64,000 nt of DNA, taken from assembly GCA_964655015.1 (NCBI GenBank), contig CAZZKR010000007.1, positions 511 through 64,510 of the forward strand, given 5' to 3'. Source of the stretch: an uncultured Nitrososphaeria archaeon. Lineage in GTDB: Archaea > Thermoproteota > Nitrososphaeria_A > Caldarchaeales > Wolframiiraptoraceae. The translations under genes were made by a program, and so were the position numbers. The notes beneath the pieces were generated by a model that saw nothing but the letters and a program-made list of their open reading frames with translations, was not told the DNA's origin and did not search any database. Positions 57,125-64,000 of this stretch are shown piece after piece (position 1 is the stretch's first letter; every line of letters begins with the position of its first letter).

Positions 57125-58714
57125 TTACGTAACGCTCTCCTGTTCCTCTAATTTTACTTTCTCCATAATATCAGGAGTCACGCCCATCTTTTTCAGAAGT
57201 TTCGTGACATCCGGAGGCTCTTTTCTCTCTATAATCTCTGCTGAAAATTTTGCTATCTTCGGAAGGTACTTAGCATATATGCTCAATCTTTTTATCGTAA
57301 TAGTGCGTTTTTCGACCTTTATCAGATAATGCTTGAGAGCTCTAGCGCACTCCCTTATTGCGATAGTGAGTTCGCGCTCGATTTCCGGTCTGTCGGCTAT
57401 TGCCTCTTTGCCTACAGTCTTGTAAGGTACTTTCAGAGAACATATGTGTGTGATGACGGCTAGTGGTGCGATTTTCGGAACATTATAGTTATTCCAATCA
57501 ATTTTTTCAGATACTACCTTCCAAACGACGTCGGCCCTCTCATCGTAAAGGAGCGGTATCTTGTTCGCAAACCTGTATATTTGTATATTCTCACTCGGCG
57601 GTATCTTGCCACCATATGCTATTGCGGCCTCAACTATAAACGGAAAGCCGGAGTAAGATTGTGGCGGTCTTTGAACCACGTGGAGAAACTCTGGCATCAG
57701 TATTGCCTTAATGCCTGCTTCGAGCAATTCCTTGCCTATTGGACTTAGAGGTGTCGGGTCTGGTGCTCTGAATTTTTTATACCTTTTGATAGCCTCTACA
57801 AGTGCAGTAAGCTGATCATGAGTTAATTCTTTTGGATTTAATGTATGCGGAAGCCCAGCTAGTTCCAGAACCTCTTTGGCGGTTTTAGGGCCGACGCGCT
57901 GGAAGCTACCCGTCAAGAAGGATAAAAGGGTTTCAGACTTTGTTAGAGATATTAGCCGCTTCATGGTTTCTACATCAACCCCTACCGGATGTGGTAATGC
58001 CTCTTTTGGAGGTTCTGGTATTTTTTCAGCAACTCTTGGGAAGTGGTATAGTCTGCCCTTAGGATCAATGAAGGTTAATGAAGCATTCGGGTTTGCAATG
58101 GCAGTATTTCTGAAATACTCAACGATCTTTGCCTTGCTGTTGGTGTAATCAGCCTCAAGATAATAATCTATTAACGTTCCCCTCCAATTATCGTTATTTT
58201 TATGAACTTTATGGTCGAGCACTATGGGTTCATTCTTAATAATATCGATTCTTAAAACGAATTCATGTATATCACCATTTGTACATGATATGACGGTCAC
58301 TGGTCTGTTTGTTGTAATCTGGCCGTACAGTAGTGCCATTGTACCGCCAAGTCCGAAAGTTCCACGTGATTGACGGTATCCGTATTTACTTCCATAAAAC
58401 ACAGTCGCAAAAGCATGCGGTATGTGTTCCGCATCAACACCTATTCCATTATCCTTGACCCTCAGCCTGAAGATTTTAACGTCTTCGGAGCTCCCCTCAC
58501 CCACTTCTTGTAATTCGACGATTATTTCAGGCAAGATCCTGCCCACTTCACAGGCATCAAGCGAGTTTTCCACGAGTTCTCTGATGGATGTGTAAAGGGA
58601 ACGGCTGGGGTTTGTGAATCCAGCAATATCTCTATTGCGATAGAAGAAGTCGGCAGGTGATATCTTCTCGAACTTTACCTCTGCCAATTTTCTATCACCA
58701 TTCTTCGATTTCAC
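57125..58714 (-). CDS. top6B: DNA topoisomerase VI subunit B
   Basis: ISPA.FF.RN...AGF.NP.R.LY....EL.ENSLDA GHKL, DNG.G, SRG.FGLG, RFAN.IPLLY, P....GKE.IA. Confidence 0.97.
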   Translation of the reverse strand: MKSKNGDRKLAEVKFEKISPADFFYRNRDIAGFTNPSRSLYTSIRELVENSLDACEVGRILPEIIVELQEVGEGSSEDVKIFRLRVKDNGIGVDAEHIPHAFATVFYGSKYGYRQSRGTFGLGGTMALLYGQITTNRPVTVISCTNGDIHEFVLRIDIIKNEPIVLDHKVHKNNDNWRGTLIDYYLEADYTNSKAKIVEYFRNTAIANPNASLTFIDPKGRLYHFPRVAEKIPEPPKEALPHPVGVDVETMKRLISLTKSETLLSFLTGSFQRVGPKTAKEVLELAGLPHTLNPKELTHDQLTALVEAIKRYKKFRAPDPTPLSPIGKELLEAGIKAILMPEFLHVVQRPPQSYSGFPFIVEAAIAYGGKIPPSENIQIYRFANKIPLLYDERADVVWKVVSEKIDWNNYNVPKIAPLAVITHICSLKVPYKTVGKEAIADRPEIERELTIAIRECARALKHYLIKVEKRTITIKRLSIYAKYLPKIAKFSAEIIERKEPPDVTKLLKKMGVTPDIMEKVKLEEQESVT

Positions 58715-58787
58715 ACCACAAGTTCTGTTACAGGTTTGTTACGCAATTTGGGCATAGCGCCTATTTTATCTTTATCCCAGAAAAATC

Positions 58788-59384
58788 CTATAGTTTAAAT
58801 CCAGGTATAAGTTTTCCCGCTTTTCGCTTCCTAGCGTACTCATCAAGCATTTTATACACTGCACTGTGCGGCGAGCCGGTTATCAGTCTTATTACGGCTT
58901 CTTTAGCAGCTTCGACATCCTGAGGATCACCTATTATTGCCACGGTATCTCCATATATTGACACTAGCACATGAGCATTCTCCTCGATGATTTTTCTTGT
59001 TTTTCCTCCAGTTCCTATAAGTCTGGCCCTAACCCTAACCAAATCATTCACGTTCTTACCGATAAAATCCTCCAAATGTACAATGTCCAACACCACGTCC
59101 TCCTCAAAAAGTTTGAATGCTTTTTCCGGCGAAAAACCTCTCCCTATAGCAACTACGACGTCACGGGCCTTAAACATAGCTGCCGGATCTCCTCCTTCGT
59201 TTGGGGATTTTGCAAGCTCTATTGTCACCACTCCATCTTTGCTATCGACCGTGAGCTTCACACCTAACTTTTCCTCTATTGTCTTCTTAACGGAACCATT
59301 GACCCCTATCAATACGCCTATCCGGTCCTTAGGTATGGTCACTGTAAAGGTTCCGTGCTTTGGCTCCACGTTCTCAGGATACAT
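58788..59384 (-). CDS. KH-domain RNA-processing protein (Dim2/Pno1)
   Basis: IP.DRIGVLIG..G..K...V.AIGRGFSPE.A...R.RARLIG..GKTR.IIEE...G..H..VY. Confidence 0.93.
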   Translation of the reverse strand: MYPENVEPKHGTFTVTIPKDRIGVLIGVNGSVKKTIEEKLGVKLTVDSKDGVVTIELAKSPNEGGDPAAMFKARDVVVAIGRGFSPEKAFKLFEEDVVLDIVHLEDFIGKNVNDLVRVRARLIGTGGKTRKIIEENAHVLVSIYGDTVAIIGDPQDVEAAKEAVIRLITGSPHSAVYKMLDEYARKRKAGKLIPGFKL

Positions 59385-59447
59385 CCCGTTATTTTTCAAA
59401 AATTCTAGTATTATATAAACAACAAACTAATTTCTTCCTTTAGCGTC

Positions 59448-60188
59448 TCAGAAAACGACCTCTGTAGGAAATACGACGATCCCATCCTGTGTTATCTTAT
59501 AGGGTCTCGGCTGGGTGTCGTGATTCACGCCCCTCATCTTCTCGATTATGAAAGCATGGACGAGACTGCCAGCTCTAAAAAATCTTTGTAAAAGTATCAC
59601 GCCATGGGCAACGTACTCTTCAATTTGATACTTTCTTTCAGTTGATGAATGCGTAAGCTCTGAAATCATTAACGTCGTACAATTTAATGGAGCTATGCCC
59701 CGAACCAAGTCAATAATGGCCTCTCTCCTTTCCACCTCATCCGGGTACTGCAATATGAACGTCGAGAGTGTGTCTATAACGAGCCTTTTAGCGTTTATCC
59801 TTTCACACTCCTTTTTTATTTTTTCTATCAAAGATATGAGCTGAAATTCTTTGCTCCCAATGGTTATTTCGCCTAAACTAATGCTCTTTGTTATGAAACG
59901 TATTGGCGAAGCATCAATTATGGCAATTTTATTCTCCTTCTCTAATCTTTCTAAATCCCAACCAAACCTCAGCATGTTAAGCTTAACCATTTCAGGCTCT
60001 TCTTCAAGAAGTACTAAGATGCCATTTTCACCAAATTTAACAGCGCCATTGTAAAGAAACTGGACGCCGAGTGTTGTTTTACCACAACCCGGCGGACCGA
60101 GAACTAGTACCACATGCCCTTTTGGTATGCCGCGCCCCTCTAACATAATATCAATACCTTCTATGCCGGTACGGGTGTATGTTCGCAA
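59448..60188 (-). CDS. Single-domain KaiC/RAD55-family ATPase
   Basis: TGI.G.D.ML...G.P.G...L..G.PG.GKT...QFL..G...RLVID.LS...I.KMRG..H.....Y.IT..G. Confidence 0.9.
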   Translation of the reverse strand: MRTYTRTGIEGIDIMLEGRGIPKGHVVLVLGPPGCGKTTLGVQFLYNGAVKFGENGILVLLEEEPEMVKLNMLRFGWDLERLEKENKIAIIDASPIRFITKSISLGEITIGSKEFQLISLIEKIKKECERINAKRLVIDTLSTFILQYPDEVERREAIIDLVRGIAPLNCTTLMISELTHSSTERKYQIEEYVAHGVILLQRFFRAGSLVHAFIIEKMRGVNHDTQPRPYKITQDGIVVFPTEVVF

Positions 60189-60239
60189 AACTTATCACTC
60201 CATACAGTACACAATAAGTTGTTTTTTAACTTTTTTAAG

Positions 60240-60494
60240 CTATTTAACGCCGCCTCGCCTGCCTCTTTTGGTTGGTGCTTTACTATCGTCCTCCACGTAC
60301 TCCTTTTCGGCTGGATACGTCCCTGTCTTTTTGGATAATTCCTCAAGCTCCTTTACTGCATCTAGATCATCCACTTCAATCACTACTGGTCCGACGTAAC
60401 CACATGAGGCACATCGATATAACATTCCCGCATATCCACCCAAATATAAGTTAATTTTATCGCTTTTACACATAGGACATATTAGAGTTTTCAC
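60240..60494 (-). CDS. Small Zn-ribbon protein
   Basis: CPMCKS...GG..G..YRC..CGY.GP.V.E followed by a charged tail. Confidence 0.7.
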   Translation of the reverse strand: MKTLICPMCKSDKINLYLGGYAGMLYRCASCGYVGPVVIEVDDLDAVKELEELSKKTGTYPAEKEYVEDDSKAPTKRGRRGGVK

Positions 60495-60500
60495 ACATCA

Positions 60501-60944
60501 TCAGAACTCCTCTTTAATCGTAAGAAACGATGCACATGTCATGCTCTTGCCAACCCCCTCAATAGTCCTAAGCTTGTCTATGACGAGTTCACCTATTGAC
60601 TGTATTGACTCCCCTCTTACCTTCAAAAGTATGTCCCACTCGCCAGATATTAGATGAACTTCATGAACGTCGGGTAACGTTGCTATGTATTCACCAAGCT
60701 TTTTCTGGGAAATGTTCGCTCCCGGAAGAAAGGATATTAATACGAATGCCGTCGTTGGCTTACCGAGCTTCGAGTAATCTGGTATTACAGTAAATTTTTT
60801 AATTATCCCCTTGCTCCTTAGTTTCTTTATCCTTTCTTGAACAGTCGTCCTTGGCATGTTAAGCTTTATTGCAAGCTCCGAAATACTTTGACTAGCATCC
60901 TCAATAAGTTCATTTAATATTTTCCAGTCTTTTTCGTCCATCAT
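60501..60944 (-). CDS. Lrp/AsnC family transcriptional regulator
   Basis: MDEKD.KIL.EL..DA.....ELA..L.....TV.ERI.KL...GIIK.F; RAM domain H.ISGE.D; ATG at 60944. Confidence 0.94.
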   Translation of the reverse strand: MMDEKDWKILNELIEDASQSISELAIKLNMPRTTVQERIKKLRSKGIIKKFTVIPDYSKLGKPTTAFVLISFLPGANISQKKLGEYIATLPDVHEVHLISGEWDILLKVRGESIQSIGELVIDKLRTIEGVGKSMTCASFLTIKEEF

Positions 60945-61035
60945 CTCACTATAAAATAATATTAATGGTTGCTTTTGGTTCTTACTCCTATAATGTTTAG
61001 TGTTATTCATTAAAAGACGAATTAAGGTAAAGGTG

Positions 61036-61851
61036 TCAGCTGGTAGTGGAAGCTTGCGCCTCCTTCCAGATAAGTATTATTGCATATTCCCTAGGTATGC
61101 CCAAAGACTGCATAATGTTTTCTATGTTTTTTTGCAAAGATTCATCAACTCTTGGACCAAACTTCGCTCCATGCTTTTCTTTCAACTCTTCATAAAGTTT
61201 GTCAGCAAGCTCAGTGTACGCCGTTAAGGAGTAAATTTTTTTCGGCAAGTCAGTAACCATCCTGGCCATTTCTTCTAACTCTCTAATCCTCTTTTTCTTC
61301 TCGGAAAGTTCTTGTCTGAGAACTGTGATTTTTGTCTCTAAGCTTGCTTTAAGCTCCTGAGATACGGGAACGTTCGAACTTTCTTTATATTTCAGCGTAT
61401 CCAATTCGACGATCGAGATACATAAATCTGTCTCGATATTTGAAAACTCTGCCTCCAGTTTACTCTTAGCTGCATTAATTTTTTCAAGCAAGGATGCCGA
61501 CTCATTAATTATTTGCTCCCTCATCATGTTCCACCTTGATAATATCTCCTTGATGGTTGTTATGCTAATGTCCTGCTCCAGAAGCATCTTTTGGAATATT
61601 TGCTCCCGTATCTTTATCTCTTGTAACTTTGCCATGAGCGCATCATATCCTTCGAAAGCTTCTTTTACAACAGATGCCTCGAGGCCCTTAGATGTTACAA
61701 TACTCTCGGGCGGTTTTGTTTGAATTTTTGCCTCAATTTCTGGAGCGCTCACCTCAGGCTCTACTTGAGAAACCTCTTCTATTGCATCCTTCGCCATTTT
61801 TTCTTCCTTAAACTTTATAACTATCTTTTTCGGCATTATGGCTCCTCCCAA
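61036..61851 (-). CDS. Coiled-coil protein, possibly CdvA-like
   Basis: Disordered acidic N-terminus then long heptad helices; segment KMLLEQDISITTIKEIL resembles the CdvA-type L...G.IS..TY.E pattern. Confidence 0.55.
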   Translation of the reverse strand: MGGAIMPKKIVIKFKEEKMAKDAIEEVSQVEPEVSAPEIEAKIQTKPPESIVTSKGLEASVVKEAFEGYDALMAKLQEIKIREQIFQKMLLEQDISITTIKEILSRWNMMREQIINESASLLEKINAAKSKLEAEFSNIETDLCISIVELDTLKYKESSNVPVSQELKASLETKITVLRQELSEKKKRIRELEEMARMVTDLPKKIYSLTAYTELADKLYEELKEKHGAKFGPRVDESLQKNIENIMQSLGIPREYAIILIWKEAQASTTS

Positions 61852-61884
61852 CTAAACTTCGGTCTTTGAGGAATCAACACAATT

Positions 61885-62520
61885 TCATCCCTTCTTACTC
61901 GGTAAAAGTTTTTTGGTTTTGCTAAAAAACTTTACTATGTGATCGATATCAAGTATTTTGGCAGTACTAGTCTTTACGCTCTCCTCATCGAGAACGTCGG
62001 CTTTCTTGGGGATCAAATCAAGCATTTGGAGACCGATTAGTGTGCTTTCAAGGACCTTACGCCGCTGCAGACCAAGCGTGAACCTTACTGGCACAACCCT
62101 TTCATTTTTATCTATTCTAAACACACCGATCTTTAGATCCGAGACTTTCCAGCTGACGCTAAATTGTAGGGGGTCTATAACTAACGCAATGGCCTTAGGA
62201 AACATGGCTTGGTACGCTTTTTGCGTCTCGACATCGATGGGCGACATAAAGACGTCTAAACCCGGATGTGAATGATACCAACCAACTATGTATAGGTCCG
62301 GAAGGTTTTCCATTAGGACTTCAGCAACTAAGGCCATAACGCTCTCTTCGAGCTTAACGTATGCGGGCGTGCTTTGTTGGATACCAGTAACAGCATCCCA
62401 GACCTCAACAACGTCCGATACTACTTTTCCTACCATCAACCCTGCAACTTCTTGATTAATGTTACTAATAGAGTGATAAAGTATCTTACCAAGAGCCAGA
62501 GGATAAATGCGTGCCCTCAT
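61885..62520 (-). CDS. Rpn11-like JAMM deubiquitinase / pro-ubiquitin processing protease
   Basis: EV.GL.VG...VGWYHSHPGL.VFMS.IDV.TQ..YQ......A.ALV.DP, close to the eukaryotic Rpn11 pattern. Confidence 0.9.
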   Translation of the reverse strand: MRARIYPLALGKILYHSISNINQEVAGLMVGKVVSDVVEVWDAVTGIQQSTPAYVKLEESVMALVAEVLMENLPDLYIVGWYHSHPGLDVFMSPIDVETQKAYQAMFPKAIALVIDPLQFSVSWKVSDLKIGVFRIDKNERVVPVRFTLGLQRRKVLESTLIGLQMLDLIPKKADVLDEESVKTSTAKILDIDHIVKFFSKTKKLLPSKKG

Positions 62521-62715
62521 GGAACCTGCATATTAGTGTTTAGCCATATTAATTAATGTTTGAAAATAACTGATAAACTCGTTAGATAACATATGACGTA
62601 ATGCGCCCAACATATACGGGAATTTCTGGCGTTGTTTATGCGTAACCCCTAACCTTTTTAAAAAGTTAATACTTAAATACATTACAAATAGAGTGCCAGT
62701 GGGGGTTAAAGACTT

Positions 62716-62997
62716 ATGAAAATTAAGGTTATACCTGCGGTTGGTGGTGGTAGCCCTCTAGAATTAGAGGTATCGCCGAATGCAACAATAGGGGCAATTA
62801 AGGCTAAGGTTTGCGCGATTAAGAAACTTCCGCCAGATACTACATACCTAACCTACAAGGGTAGAGCCCTTAAAGAAACGGAAACGCTTACTGAATTAGG
62901 TATATCGGAGGGCGACAAATTGGTCATCATAACGAGAACAGTGGGGGGTGACGCCACTGGAAACTTATTCAGAATTACCCGAACCTCTATGGAATAA
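62716..62997 (+). CDS. Eukaryote-like pro-ubiquitin (78-aa mature domain ending TRTVGG plus 15-aa propeptide)
   Basis: Beta-grasp Ub pattern LEV.P..TI..IK.KV......P.....L.YKGR.LK....L.E.GI.EGD.L....R..GG; closely resembles Caldiarchaeum subterraneum ubiquitin as I recall it. Confidence 0.92.
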   Translation: MKIKVIPAVGGGSPLELEVSPNATIGAIKAKVCAIKKLPPDTTYLTYKGRALKETETLTELGISEGDKLVIITRTVGGDATGNLFRITRTSME

Positions 62998-63463
62998 GAG
63001 GTTAGCCGTAGAATATAGGTTGATGCAGGAGCGTGACCCTCCGTTATTTGATATAATTGACGGGGACTTGACACACTATATGGGCATAATAGTGGGCTCC
63101 GGGTATTATGAGGGTGGCTACTTTAAGGTAGAGATAAAAATACCAAGAGCGTATCCGTACGTGCCGCCAGATGTTATTTGGCATACAAGGATATGGCATC
63201 CTAATTTCACAGATGAGGTTCCTGCCAAAATATGCGAATCCATTTTTAAAGATGATTGGAGACCTGGTTTGTATCTCGTGAATGTCATCGAGGCTCTCCA
63301 GAATCTACTAGCCAACCCGAACCCGGATGACCCACTTAACTCGATAGCAGCTTATGAAATGAAGTATAAGCCCGACGTTTTTTTCAATAGGGTTAAGTAC
63401 TACATACAGCTCTATGCAACTCCAGAAAAGGTTTTTGATAAAAAGCTAAAGTGGCGAATGTAG
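62948..63463 (+). CDS. E2 ubiquitin-conjugating enzyme
   Basis: KRL..EY..M, Y.GG.F...I..P..YP..PP.V.W.T.IWHPN, catalytic Cys in KICESI, W.P, LL..PN.DDPLN. Confidence 0.95.
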   Translation: MTPLETYSELPEPLWNKRLAVEYRLMQERDPPLFDIIDGDLTHYMGIIVGSGYYEGGYFKVEIKIPRAYPYVPPDVIWHTRIWHPNFTDEVPAKICESIFKDDWRPGLYLVNVIEALQNLLANPNPDDPLNSIAAYEMKYKPDVFFNRVKYYIQLYATPEKVFDKKLKWRM

Positions 63464-63557
63464 TTAAAATTTTGTGCTTTCAATGGTTTTAACATGTCTC
63501 TTTTAAGCTTCAGCACTAAACGTTATTATACTGTTTAAATAAACCTTCAAGCTGCAA

Positions 63558-64000
63558 ATGGAGCCATATCTGCTGGAAAGATATGATAGGCAGATAAGAA
63601 TCAGTGGTTGGGACCAGTGGAAGGTCTCAAACTCAACAGTTTTAATAGCGGGCGTGGGTGCAACAGGTTGCGAGTTAGCAAAGAACCTTTGTCTTGCGGG
63701 AATTGGTAGGCTGATCTTGGTTGACAACGACGTGGTAGAACTCTCAAATCTTAACCGTCAAATGTTGTTTGATGATTCTGATATAGGCTTACCAAAAGCC
63801 ATAGTTGCCAGAGAAAAGCTTCAGAAGATGAACCCTTATGTTAAGATTGATGCCTATTATGAGGACTTAAGAAAGTTTGATGAATTTATACTAAAGGATG
63901 TGGACGTGTTTTGCTCTTGCCTAGATAACTGGGCAACGAGAAGATGGCTCAACTCGCTTGCCGTTGAACTTAAGAAGCCACTCGTTGACACAGCGATCGA
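63558..64000 (+). CDS. E1 ubiquitin-activating enzyme (partial, runs off the window)
   Basis: Hand-translated MEPYLLERYDRQIRISGWDQWKVSNSTVLIAGVGATGCELAKNLCLAGIGRLILVDNDVVELSNLNRQMLF...CLDNWATRRWLN; open to 64000. Confidence 0.92.
   Translation, partial: MEPYLLERYDRQIRISGWDQWKVSNSTVLIAGVGATGCELAKNLCLAGIGRLILVDNDVVELSNLNRQMLFDDSDIGLPKAIVAREKLQKMNPYVKIDAYYEDLRKFDEFILKDVDVFCSCLDNWATRRWLNSLAVELKKPLVDTAI

Noticed and set aside
59448-60188. Circadian KaiC clock
   Set aside because: Single-domain RecA-type ATPase common in archaea; no KaiA/KaiB and no tandem domain.
1-64000. Many antisense or nested ORFs in the track (e.g. 10855-11373, 23016-23513, 44271-45161, 49715-50077)
   Set aside because: They lie on or opposite well-supported genes and show no recognisable motifs; treated as shadow ORFs.
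1-64000. CRISPR array, transposase, integrase or provirus
   Set aside because: No regularly spaced repeats or mobility-gene motifs were found by eye.

Overview
Archaeal chromosome segment of the TACK group. It most resembles Nitrososphaeria/Caldarchaeales ('Aigarchaeota'), judged by cdc6-DP1 (PolD), a stand-alone 5S rRNA, an ESCRT-III/CdvB gene and a eukaryote-like ubiquitin locus; this placement is inference. The window is mostly core genome: two fragments of the ribosomal-protein superoperon, a minimal SufCB Fe-S system plus SOD, priL, a probable replication origin (two inverted 23-bp ORB boxes upstream of cdc6 and DP1), pstSCAB-phoU, tRNA-Pro(CGG), PCNA, DHS, carAB, the four-gene modified archaeal mevalonate operon (ubiX, ubiD, acnX large and small), 5S rRNA, aIF1A-Rio1 and Dim2-Top6B. 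At the right end is a eukaryote-type ubiquitin operon (pro-ubiquitin, E2, E1 running off the window) divergent from an Rpn11-like JAMM protease, which is itself followed by a CdvA-like coiled-coil gene. The best second-look items are: the Ub locus and its possible ESCRT link; a threonine-synthase fold lacking the PLP lysine fused to a PadR domain; a Mec-like JAMM/CysM pair; helically phased ACATCAC repeats in front of two uncharacterised HTH genes; and several genes that appear to need CTG/ACG starts. No CRISPR array, transposase or integrase was seen. All calls come from motif reading, not database searches.
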